Source of the DNA: Bacteroidales bacterium
GTDB lineage: Bacteria > Bacteroidota > Bacteroidia > Bacteroidales > WCHB1-69
DNA: 64,000 nucleotides
Assembly (NCBI GenBank): GCA_024400815.1
Contig: JAKSMD010000001.1
Coordinates: 31,310 to 95,309, forward strand
Reading direction: 5' to 3'
The notes under the pieces were generated by a model, which was not told the DNA's origin, ran no database searches, and worked only from the letters and a program-made list of their open reading frames with translations. The translations under genes were made by a program, and so were the position numbers. Numbering within the stretch: the stretch's first letter is position 1; each line of letters starts with the position of its first letter. This document shows, one piece after another, positions 17,898 through 26,735 of the stretch.

Positions 17898-18712
17898 GGC
17901 AACATTTCGCAAATCAGTTTCACCATTTTAGGTTCAGCAGCATTGGCAGCCTCCAGGACTTCTTCATGAGAAGCCGGCACCACTTGTCCGACCACGCCCA
18001 AATCCGTGATAACGGAGAGTGCGAAAATTTCCATGCCGCGATAGTGGGAAATGATCGCTTCTGGAACGGTGGACATACCCACAGCGTCAGCACCCAAAAT
18101 AGAGTAAGCGCGATATTCTGCCGGAGTCTCAAAACAGGGACCCGTCACGCCCATATACACGCCCTCCTGCAAATGCAAGTTTAGTTGCTTTCCTTTTTCG
18201 TGGGCTAATTTAATCAGATGATGCGAATAGACTTCGCTCATATTCGGGAAACGGGGGCCCAACTCATCGTCATTCGGTCCCATCAACGGATTGGTGCCGA
18301 AAAAGTTGATATGGTCACGAATCACCATAATATCTCCAACTTGGAAAGTCGGGTTCATTCCGCCTGCCGCATTGGAAAGGATAATCGTTTTAATACCCAA
18401 ACCGGCAAACACCTGTTCTGGATAAGTAACCACATCCATAGAATATCCTTCGTAATAATGGAATCGGCCGTTCAAAATCACCACTTCCACGCCATTCAGC
18501 CTGCCAAAAATCAAAGTACCCTTATGGCCTTTCACAGTAGACACTGGGAAATTCGGTATCTCATGGTAATCAATTTCGTCCACCACATCCACGCGCGTGG
18601 CCAAACCGCCCAATCCAGAACCGAGCACAATAGCTATTTTGGGGTTTATCGTTTTTCTTTGGTTAAGATAAGCTACCGTTTCATTGATTTTCATTCTTCT
18701 TTCTTCTAACAT
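17888..18712 (-). CDS. purine nucleoside phosphorylase (trimeric PNP/PunA type)
   Basis: IAIVLGSGLGGLA and AVGMSTVPEAII motifs. The start is ambiguous: candidate Mets at 18754, 18712 and 18694. I chose 18712 by N-terminal length. Confidence 0.85.
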   Translation of the reverse strand: MLEERRMKINETVAYLNQRKTINPKIAIVLGSGLGGLATRVDVVDEIDYHEIPNFPVSTVKGHKGTLIFGRLNGVEVVILNGRFHYYEGYSMDVVTYPEQVFAGLGIKTIILSNAAGGMNPTFQVGDIMVIRDHINFFGTNPLMGPNDDELGPRFPNMSEVYSHHLIKLAHEKGKQLNLHLQEGVYMGVTGPCFETPAEYRAYSILGADAVGMSTVPEAIISHYRGMEIFALSVITDLGVVGQVVPASHEEVLEAANAAEPKMVKLICEMLPEM

Positions 18713-19769
18713 GGCTTTCGATGATTTTATTAAATGTTGAACGATCATTCTCAAATAAAAATTCCACTTGAATAGGAATTATAAAAATGGGGAGCAAAGA
18801 TACCTTTTTTTTCAAATCTTCACTTCGCAAGCGCATCCAGTCTTTTTCCGTAGTAAAAATGACTCGGCGGCCCGGATTTTTATCACAATAATCTTTTATA
18901 TAAGTGATTTCCATAGCGGAGTACTTAAAATGATCCGGGAAATTATAATGTCGTTGCACTTGGAATTGCTGACGCAAATGTTCGAGCATTGGCTTAGGAC
19001 GCGCGATTCCCGTCATTACGATGACTTCCGTATCCGCATTCAAAGCGAACTGCTTAGCAGCTTGGGTCACCGGTTCAGGAGCACCATAAGAGTAATAGGT
19101 AAAAAATAGCGGTTGGTCGGAACGGAGCTTCAACTGTTGGCGCCACCAATCAACATTCACTTCCGATTTGGGGGCGCTGACCTTCGTCACCAGCACAGCA
19201 TCTGCCACACCGACGGCGGAAGGGAACTCTCTCAAACGGCCTGCCGGCATAGGATAATCTTTGAAATAGGGATTTTCGTATTCGGTAAGCACCATGCGGA
19301 AAGTTGGTGTAAAAGAAAGATGCTGGTAGGCATCATCCATAACCACCACTTCAGTATCTGGAGCGTATGCTTGCAATTTGAGGACGCCTTCATGGCGATC
19401 GCCATCCACAGCCAAGGGCATATTGGGAAATCTTTGATGCAAAAGTAAAGGTTCATCGCCTATCAGTTCCGCTGACAACTTATCCTCTGCCGTAGTATTC
19501 GCCAGCACATATCCTTTGGATTTGCGGCCATAGCCTCGACTGAGCATAGCGACTTTAAAATTGGGGAATAGCAAATTCAAAATATAACCGGCATGGGGAG
19601 TTTTGCCCGTGCCGCCAATAGCGATATTACCCACGCAAATGACAGGAATATTCGGCTTGTACGATTTAATCCATCCTTTCTGATAGAGCCATCGGCGGAC
19701 ACGTGCCACATTTCCAAACAGCCAGCCTACAGGAATTAAGATATGTCGAATTTTAATCGGCGCACTCAT
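18681..19769 (-). CDS. lpxK: tetraacyldisaccharide 4'-kinase
   Basis: VICVGNIAIGGTGKTP P-loop and overall LpxK pattern, 362 aa. Confidence 0.9.
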   Translation of the reverse strand: MSAPIKIRHILIPVGWLFGNVARVRRWLYQKGWIKSYKPNIPVICVGNIAIGGTGKTPHAGYILNLLFPNFKVAMLSRGYGRKSKGYVLANTTAEDKLSAELIGDEPLLLHQRFPNMPLAVDGDRHEGVLKLQAYAPDTEVVVMDDAYQHLSFTPTFRMVLTEYENPYFKDYPMPAGRLREFPSAVGVADAVLVTKVSAPKSEVNVDWWRQQLKLRSDQPLFFTYYSYGAPEPVTQAAKQFALNADTEVIVMTGIARPKPMLEHLRQQFQVQRHYNFPDHFKYSAMEITYIKDYCDKNPGRRVIFTTEKDWMRLRSEDLKKKVSLLPIFIIPIQVEFLFENDRSTFNKIIESHVRRKKNENQ

Positions 19770-20781
19770 GCTCAGTGTTCTTTAGTTTTTGTTCGGCCAT
19801 TCGTTTCTCGCGGCGCGATTTTTCCAACTCGGCTTGTTCGTTTTCATAAGCCTCATAACTATTGATAATCTTGGTTACCAAATGATGACGCACCACATCT
19901 TTGGTATCCATATAGATAAAGTCGATGCCCGGAATCTTACTCAAGATACGATCTGCCTGCAGCAATCCAGATTGCTGATTTTTGGGCAAATCCACTTGCG
20001 TAATATCCCCCGTGATGAAGAACTTAGCATTTTTGCCCATTCGGGTAAGGAACATCTTAAGTTGCGAAGTTGTGGCATTTTGCGCTTCATCCAAAATAAC
20101 ATAGGCATTATCCAAAGTGCGACCGCGCATAAAGGCCAGCGGGGCAATCTCGATCACCTTATCTTCCATATAGGACATCAGTTTCTGCATCGGCATCATA
20201 TCCCACAGCGCATCATAAAGCGGTTGCAAATAGGGATCGAGCTTATCGCGCAAGTCGCCCGGCAAAAAACCGAGATTCTCCCCTGCCTCCACCGCCGGAC
20301 GCGTCAAGATGATTCGTTTAATCTGCTTGTTTTTCAGAGCTTTGACCGCTAACGCCACCGCGGTATAAGTTTTCCCAGTACCAGCAGGACCGATAACAAA
20401 GACCATATCGTTCTTAGCAGCGCTCTGCACCAATTTTTTCTGATTCGGGGTAATTGCTTTCACCACTTTGCCCTCGCGACCGTGTACAATAACATTGCTG
20501 TCGCTGCCATCCAGACGATAGAAGCTGTCATCTTCCATAGCCGTAATGTTCAGTATATCTGTTTCGGTCAATTTTCCAAACTCTTCCAAATGACGTTCCA
20601 AAAGGCGGATGCGTTCCTCAAACATTTCCACTTCACTATCTTCGCCCATAACCTTAATCATATTGCCACGAGCAATGATTTTAAGTTTTGAGAAAATCTG
20701 CGTCAACAAGTCAATGTTGGCATTCTGACTGCCATACAACCCGACCACAGAGGAGGGTTCTATCGTAATGATTTTTTCCAT
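19753..20781 (-). CDS. phoH: PhoH-family ATPase
   Basis: VIGPAGTGKTYTAVALAV, ILTRPAVEAGENLGFLPGDL, ILDEAQN. The ATG at 20781 lies 2 nt after the upstream stop; the track start at 20796 is a TTG. Confidence 0.9.
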   Translation of the reverse strand: MEKIITIEPSSVVGLYGSQNANIDLLTQIFSKLKIIARGNMIKVMGEDSEVEMFEERIRLLERHLEEFGKLTETDILNITAMEDDSFYRLDGSDSNVIVHGREGKVVKAITPNQKKLVQSAAKNDMVFVIGPAGTGKTYTAVALAVKALKNKQIKRIILTRPAVEAGENLGFLPGDLRDKLDPYLQPLYDALWDMMPMQKLMSYMEDKVIEIAPLAFMRGRTLDNAYVILDEAQNATTSQLKMFLTRMGKNAKFFITGDITQVDLPKNQQSGLLQADRILSKIPGIDFIYMDTKDVVRHHLVTKIINSYEAYENEQAELEKSRREKRMAEQKLKNTEHECAD

Positions 20782-20782
20782 T

Positions 20783-21697
20783 TTATTCAATAACAAGATA
20801 ATCTAACGGATTGATAGGAAATCCGTTGTACCACAATTCAAAGTGCAAATGAACCGTTTTGCCTTCTTTTGACCCCGTATTTCCGACCACAGCAATGGGG
20901 GTGCCGGCACTGACACGAGAACCGACTTTTTTCAACAATTTAGAATTTCTCTTATAGATGGAAATCATATTGCCTGGATGTTGAACAATAATCGAATATC
21001 CATCCGTCGCATCGTAGTTGGAGGCAATAACCACGCCATTGGCCACAGAAGTGACCACCGTGTTTTTGGCGCTGGAGATATCAATGCCGAAATGATTGCT
21101 TGGCAAATCAAAAAGTCGCACCACAGAACCCATTGCCGGCGGATAGAGAGAAATGCTGGTAATCTTCGCCTGTTCGATATTCGGGACATTGCTGCTGCTG
21201 GAGGAATTGTCATTCACACGAGCCAATATCATCTCAGACTCCTCCACCATATCTTCGGCTTCAGCCATACGTTTTTTATCGCGAATGGTCGTATGCACCA
21301 CAGGCATTGTCTCAGCATCTTGGTCCATTTCCTCGCTCGTTGGGACCTGTTCTGCCAACATGGTCGTAAAATTGTCGATGTACTTTTGATTGTACTCAAT
21401 GACCTTCTCCATAGAATCAATACGAGCGGCTGTTTGCTTATAGAGCTTGTAATCTTTTTGGGTAGTATAACCCGGAATATACATCCTCAAAGGCGTCAGT
21501 GCAATAATCACTGCGGTAAGCGCAATAATGACAAAAGCAGCCAGCACAGAAATGACGACCATTTTCTGAATTGTCAACTGTTTGACGACAAAACGCTGTT
21601 CATGAGTTTGTTCATTAGAGAAAACCAAACGATAATGGGTCTTCCATTCGCTTACTATGACATTCCAAATCTTCTTGATTTTCTGAAACTTACTCAT
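20783..21697 (-). CDS. M23-family metallopeptidase
   Basis: N-terminal TM segment; C-terminal HFGIDIS...VGNTGSKEGKTVHLHFELWYNGFPINP. Confidence 0.85.
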   Translation of the reverse strand: MSKFQKIKKIWNVIVSEWKTHYRLVFSNEQTHEQRFVVKQLTIQKMVVISVLAAFVIIALTAVIIALTPLRMYIPGYTTQKDYKLYKQTAARIDSMEKVIEYNQKYIDNFTTMLAEQVPTSEEMDQDAETMPVVHTTIRDKKRMAEAEDMVEESEMILARVNDNSSSSSNVPNIEQAKITSISLYPPAMGSVVRLFDLPSNHFGIDISSAKNTVVTSVANGVVIASNYDATDGYSIIVQHPGNMISIYKRNSKLLKKVGSRVSAGTPIAVVGNTGSKEGKTVHLHFELWYNGFPINPLDYLVIE

Positions 21698-21722
21698 TAT
21701 TATTCTTTTTTAATAGAGGGCG

Positions 21723-21730
21723 CAAAGTTA
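21723..21730 (-). promoter_or_regulatory. -7 box TAnnTTTG (taactttg) for the M23-phoH-lpxK-PNP gene string
   Basis: Perfect motif 26 nt upstream of the ATG at 21697. Confidence 0.55.
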
Positions 21731-21823
21731 CATAAAAAATCTAAGTTATTCTCCTTGAGGAGAAAAAACTTTGGCTATGGACTGCTGGCCGTTGTCAAAT
21801 TTCTAACCGAAGCGAAAAAAATG

Positions 21824-21831
21824 TACTTTTG
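21824..21831 (+). promoter_or_regulatory. -7 box TAnnTTTG (tacttttg) for dCMP deaminase
   Basis: Perfect motif 24 nt upstream of the ATG at 21855. Confidence 0.6.
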
Positions 21832-21854
21832 CGGGCTTTTATAAAAAAACGAAT

Positions 21855-22346
21855 ATGGAAGAAACAAAACATGTGCGTCCGTCATGGGACGAATATTTCA
21901 TGGAAATTGCGGATACGGTCAGTAAGCGAGCCACTTGCGATAGGGGTCGCAGCGGCTGTGTTATCGTGAGAGACCGTCAGATTTTAGTCACTGGGTATGT
22001 AGGGTCCCCAAAAGGGTTGCCGCACTGTGATGAGGTGGGGCACCAGCTCAAGCAGACCGTACATGAAGATGGTTCCGTAACTCAGCACTGTGTCCGCACC
22101 GTACACGCCGAGCAGAACGCCATCTGCCAAGCCGCCAAGTTAGGCATCGCCTTGGAGGGCGCAACCCTGTACTGCCGCATGACCCCTTGCCGTGTTTGTG
22201 CCATGCTGATTATCAACTGCGGCATCAAGCGCGTAGTCTGCGCCAACAAATACCATGCCGGCGCCGAATCTGAAGAGATGTTCAAAATGGCAGGCGTCCA
22301 ACTTGAATTTTTCTCCGAGGATGTTGTTCAATATAAAAATCAATAG
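21855..22346 (+). CDS. deoxycytidylate (dCMP) deaminase
   Basis: HAEQNAI and PCRVCAMLI zinc-binding motifs, 163 aa. Confidence 0.9.
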   Translation: MEETKHVRPSWDEYFMEIADTVSKRATCDRGRSGCVIVRDRQILVTGYVGSPKGLPHCDEVGHQLKQTVHEDGSVTQHCVRTVHAEQNAICQAAKLGIALEGATLYCRMTPCRVCAMLIINCGIKRVVCANKYHAGAESEEMFKMAGVQLEFFSEDVVQYKNQ

Positions 22347-22379
22347 TTGCCTATTTCGGTACATCAAAATCATAAAATC

Positions 22380-23156
22380 ATGCCTACATTTCTTTGGGAA
22401 TCCATCGCTTTTGGACCTATACACAGTCGTCGATTAGGCCAATCCTTGGGCGTCAACCTACTGCCCACCGATGTGAAAATTTGCTCTTTTGACTGTCTGT
22501 ATTGCGAATGCGGATGGACATTGGAAAAGCGTCTCACCGCTCGCGAATTTTATGAAGTGTCCACTGTACTCCAAGCCATTGAGCACAAACTGCAAGAATG
22601 CAAAAATGCGGGCACTCCAGTCGACAGCATTACCTTCTCCGGCAATGGAGAACCCACCTTGCATCCGTACTTCGACCAAATCATCGACGGACTGATTCCC
22701 TTGCGCGACAAATACTATCCCCATGCCGTCATCAGTTGTCTTTCCAATGCGACCCAGTTGATGCGTCCTGAAGTATGCAGCGCGCTGAAACGCATTGAAA
22801 ACCCCATCCTCAAATTGGATGCCGGCAATCAAGAGATGCTCAACCTCATCAACGGGCCTGTTGTGTCCGTGGACATCCAGCAAATAGTCAAGGAACTCTG
22901 CACCTTCAACGGCAATGTCATCATCCAAACCATGTTTTTGAGCGGGGAGAAAGACGGCGTCGCTTTTGACAACAGTCAAGAGCCTAACTTCGGACAATGG
23001 CTGGACTTCATCCAAAAAATACAACCTAAAAAGGTGATGATTTACTCATTGGACCGTGAAACCCCTGCCAGCCAACTGCACCAATTTGACAAAGCCCAAT
23101 TGGAAGTCATTGCAACCTCCGTGCGCGCTTTAGGCATCCCCACCGAGACTTACTAA
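22380..23156 (+). CDS. radical SAM protein (small, function unknown)
   Basis: CSFDCLYC CxxxCxxC cluster near the N-terminus. I prefer the ATG at 22380 over the TTG at 22347. Confidence 0.75.
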   Translation: MPTFLWESIAFGPIHSRRLGQSLGVNLLPTDVKICSFDCLYCECGWTLEKRLTAREFYEVSTVLQAIEHKLQECKNAGTPVDSITFSGNGEPTLHPYFDQIIDGLIPLRDKYYPHAVISCLSNATQLMRPEVCSALKRIENPILKLDAGNQEMLNLINGPVVSVDIQQIVKELCTFNGNVIIQTMFLSGEKDGVAFDNSQEPNFGQWLDFIQKIQPKKVMIYSLDRETPASQLHQFDKAQLEVIATSVRALGIPTETY

Positions 23157-23157
23157 C

Positions 23158-23805
23158 ATGCCTGCCTTTCCTCCTGCTATAGAACTTTTTGATCGTCAAT
23201 TGCTGTTCCTCATCAATGGAGGAAACACACCCTGGTTGGACCAACTGATGTGGACGATTACGCAGACCTCCACATGGATTCCTTTTTATATTCTCTGCAT
23301 TGTATTACTGCGTATATGCTATCAGAAAGAGTTTGTCAAACCGCTATTATTCCTCATCTTGGCAGTTCTTTTTGCCAATCTAGTTTCCGCAGACATTCTC
23401 AAGCCCCTGATACAGCGGCCGCGCCCCACACACACGCCTGAAATTCTTGGGCAACTTCATTTGCACCTCAAACGCAATGGCCACTACTACTATGGCGGTT
23501 TGTATGGCTTTGTCTCTTCCCATGCCGCCAATACATCGGTCGTAGCCATCCTCCTATATCAACTTCTCAAAACACATCTCCGACACCCAGCACGATGGGG
23601 CGTTTTTCTCTGCTTATTCACCATCCCAATCTGCTATTCCCGCATATACTTATGCGCCCACTACTTCACCGATGTCGTAGGCGGATTGTTGGTAGGCACT
23701 GCCGTCAGCATGCTCATCTTCTTTACTTTCAAAAAATATTGGGAATGGTCAACAAATAATTACTACTTTTGCCACTTTGAAAAAAATTACAATTCCTATG
23801 AATAA
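23158..23805 (+). CDS. PAP2-family phosphatase
   Basis: KPLIQRPRP, SSHAANT and SRIYLCAHYFTDVVGG motifs in a polytopic membrane protein. Confidence 0.85.
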   Translation: MPAFPPAIELFDRQLLFLINGGNTPWLDQLMWTITQTSTWIPFYILCIVLLRICYQKEFVKPLLFLILAVLFANLVSADILKPLIQRPRPTHTPEILGQLHLHLKRNGHYYYGGLYGFVSSHAANTSVVAILLYQLLKTHLRHPARWGVFLCLFTIPICYSRIYLCAHYFTDVVGGLLVGTAVSMLIFFTFKKYWEWSTNNYYFCHFEKNYNSYE

Positions 23806-25939
23806 ATTCTTATCCTTAGCATTATTTTTTGCACTCTTTTTCAGCATTACAACCCTAAATGCTCAAAAACAAGAAATCGACTTGAAAGGTTATTTTCAAG
23901 GCAAATACTTAGCTGAAAGAATCAATGGCCTCAGCTGGCAGCCAGGCACCGACAACTACGCCTATGTTGACGACGACCACAATGTCAAATTGGTAAATGC
24001 CAAAACGGGCAAAGAGACCACATTCATTGAAAGCAAATTATTGAAAGACAATAATATATTTGGACTTAGATCCTTTCAATGGGTAGATGCCAGCACCATC
24101 TTCATTGGTCGCAACCACGCCACTTTGAGTCTGGCCAACGGCAAAACAACCATCCATGAATTTGGAGATGTGGATTGGGACAATGTCATTGACCAGTCTA
24201 TTAAAAATCAAGTTTTTGTAATTAAAAATTCTGAGGGTGTTTTCGTCCAAAGCGCACAAAACAATTTCAAACCTATTTTGCTCTGTCCGGACACAGGCGC
24301 GCACATCGTTTTTGGCGAAAGCGTGCATCGCAGTGAATGGGGCATTGAAGAGGGACAATACATTTCGCCGAATGGCAACTTCATTGCTTTCTATAGAATG
24401 GATGAAAGCATGGTTGAAGATTATCCGTTGGTCAACACCGGCACGCCTATTGCCACAGTGGAATACATGAAATACCCGATGGCGGGCCGTACTTCTCATC
24501 AAGTCAAAGTCGGCATCTACGATGTTGCAAGATCAGCGCAAAGCGGCAAAGCGGTTTACCACTACATCAAAACAGACCTTGCAGACGGCGAATTTCTGAC
24601 CAATGTCACCTTTTCTCCAGATGAAAAACACCTCTACATCACCCATTTGAACCGTCAGCAAAACCACTCCAAACTCATTCGCTATGATGTAGCCACGGGC
24701 GAAAAAGTCAGCACCCTGATTGAAGAAACCGATGCCCGTTATGTAGAACCCAGTCGCCGTATTATTTTCATGAAAAATGGTCAGTTCTTGTACTTCAGCG
24801 ACCGTGATGGCTGGAAACACCTATACTTGTACGATTTCAACGGCAAATTAGTCAAGAAAGTTATCGATGGTCGTTTTGACATCATAGAAGTTTACGGTAT
24901 GGATGCCGCAGAACAGAACATTTTCTTCACCGCCTCTTTGGAAAAACCTGTCAACCAATGTGTTTGCAAAGCCAACATCAAGAGTGGCAAAATCACCTGT
25001 CTCGGTCATGAAGATGGTATGCACGAGCCTATTTTCAGCGATAGCAAGAACTATTTCGTAGACTATTTCACCAATGTTACCACGCCGCGCGTCATCAACT
25101 TGGTAAGCGGGCAAGGGAAAATCCAAAAGAACTTGCTGACCTCCAAAAATCCGTACGCAGACTGTGCTATGGGAGAGACAAAAATCTTCCCCATCACCAA
25201 CAAAGCAGGCGATTCCCTCTGGTGCCGTCTGATCACTCCACCGAACATGGATCCGAACAAACAATATCCGTGTTTGATTTATGTTTACGGTGGTCCGCAC
25301 TCCCAATTGGTTACCAACAGCTTTATTTCTGGCGGTGTGTTCTTGGAATACATGGCAGAACAAGGATATGTGGTTTTCACATTGGACAACCGCGGAACAC
25401 AGAACAGAGGTGCAGAATTCGAAAAATGCATTCATCGCAACTTGGGCGTCAAGGAAGTTGAAGACCAAATGTGCGGTGTTGAATATTTGAAAACACTTCC
25501 ATACGTTGACAGCACTCGCATCGGTTTGGACGGCTGGAGTTTTGGTGGTTTTATGACATTGTCCTTAATCACCGAACATCCGGAGGCCTTCCGTGCTGCC
25601 AGCTGCGGCGGTCCAGTGGTCAACTGGGAATGGTACGAAGTAATGTACGGCGAACGCTACATGGACACTCCGGAAGAGAACCCAGAAGGTTATGCCAACG
25701 CCAACATCATTCCGAAAATCAAGAATGTGCAATGTCCGTTGCTCGTCATGCACGGTTGCCAAGACCACACCGTAGTTTGGCAAAACACCCTTGAGCTCAT
25801 GCGCCAAGCCGTCACGGATGGCATAGAAATCGAATACTTCCCATACACCATCTACGACCACAACGTCATTGGACCAGAACGTGTTCATTTGTGGAACAAG
25901 CTGCTGCACTTCCACAACCAGAACCTGAAAGGCGAATAA
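23777..25939 (+). CDS. S9-family dipeptidyl-peptidase IV-like serine peptidase
   Basis: Signal peptide, beta-propeller N-terminal part, and C-terminal GLDGWSFGGFMT nucleophile elbow. An alternative start at 23798 is possible. Confidence 0.85.
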   Translation: MKKITIPMNKFLSLALFFALFFSITTLNAQKQEIDLKGYFQGKYLAERINGLSWQPGTDNYAYVDDDHNVKLVNAKTGKETTFIESKLLKDNNIFGLRSFQWVDASTIFIGRNHATLSLANGKTTIHEFGDVDWDNVIDQSIKNQVFVIKNSEGVFVQSAQNNFKPILLCPDTGAHIVFGESVHRSEWGIEEGQYISPNGNFIAFYRMDESMVEDYPLVNTGTPIATVEYMKYPMAGRTSHQVKVGIYDVARSAQSGKAVYHYIKTDLADGEFLTNVTFSPDEKHLYITHLNRQQNHSKLIRYDVATGEKVSTLIEETDARYVEPSRRIIFMKNGQFLYFSDRDGWKHLYLYDFNGKLVKKVIDGRFDIIEVYGMDAAEQNIFFTASLEKPVNQCVCKANIKSGKITCLGHEDGMHEPIFSDSKNYFVDYFTNVTTPRVINLVSGQGKIQKNLLTSKNPYADCAMGETKIFPITNKAGDSLWCRLITPPNMDPNKQYPCLIYVYGGPHSQLVTNSFISGGVFLEYMAEQGYVVFTLDNRGTQNRGAEFEKCIHRNLGVKEVEDQMCGVEYLKTLPYVDSTRIGLDGWSFGGFMTLSLITEHPEAFRAASCGGPVVNWEWYEVMYGERYMDTPEENPEGYANANIIPKIKNVQCPLLVMHGCQDHTVVWQNTLELMRQAVTDGIEIEYFPYTIYDHNVIGPERVHLWNKLLHFHNQNLKGE

Positions 25940-26505
25940 TGAGAAGACTTTTTATAGCCTGCAAAATCGACCTCTCTTCCACCACGCGAGCCCTTCAACA
26001 ACAACTTCACTACGAGTTGCAATTGAATGACATGGTTTGGGTTAAGGAAGATGTCACCCATATGACCCTGCGATTTTTAGGCAAGACCCCCGAATATGTG
26101 CTCGAGGACTTAAAATCCACATTAAAAGAGATTAGCGAGAGCCACGAGGCTTTTGAGATGTCGTTAGACAAAATCGGCGTCTTCGGCAGCAGGTACAAGC
26201 CCGAAGTCTTGTGGCTCGGATTCCATGAATTTTCGAAATTTCAAGCGATTTTCGAACAATTGGAGCCAGCCCTCATCCGGTTAGGATTTGAGCACTATCG
26301 CGGGAATTTCGTGCCGCACATCACACTTGCACGCATCAAAGGCGTCCTCGACAAGAAAAAATTCTGGCAGGCCATACAATCTTACCAAGTGGAGACGCCC
26401 CAACGCATTGCCATTCGCGAACTTATCCTCTACCAAAGTTTCCTGCACGCTGACGGACCCGAATACAAAGTGCTGGCGACTTTCCCTCTACGCCAACCTG
26501 AATAA
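25939..26505 (+). CDS. thpR: RNA 2',3'-cyclic phosphodiesterase (2H family)
   Basis: Two HxT/S motifs, HMTLRFLG and HITLARI. The ATG overlaps the upstream TAA (TAATG). Confidence 0.85.
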   Translation: MRRLFIACKIDLSSTTRALQQQLHYELQLNDMVWVKEDVTHMTLRFLGKTPEYVLEDLKSTLKEISESHEAFEMSLDKIGVFGSRYKPEVLWLGFHEFSKFQAIFEQLEPALIRLGFEHYRGNFVPHITLARIKGVLDKKKFWQAIQSYQVETPQRIAIRELILYQSFLHADGPEYKVLATFPLRQPE

Positions 26506-26567
26506 AGCCTATTTCAAGGCATTTCAAACAGATTTTCATTCACGAAAAAAAGCCACACTTTTTTTTG

Positions 26568-26575
26568 TATTTTTG
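26568..26575 (+). promoter_or_regulatory. -7 box TAnnTTTG (tatttttg) upstream of porW
   Basis: Perfect motif, but 161 nt upstream of the TTG start, implying a long leader. Confidence 0.45.
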
Positions 26576-26735
26576 CACGCTTTTTATTAAAGAAAAAAAT
26601 GTTTAATGGAATATGTTGTAATATGCTGATATTTGAATTATTACCACACACTCCATAGAACATAGGACGCATAGATGAACGATTATTTCATCCATACAGA
26701 AAAATAAAAACAAACAACCAGCGTTATTATAGTCA

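Noticed and set aside
26590-26735. Possible sRNA or uORF (MFNGICCNMLIFELLPHTP) in the long porW leader
   Set aside because: I found no convincing structure, terminator or conservation signal. The uORF is short and AT-rich, so there is not enough evidence.
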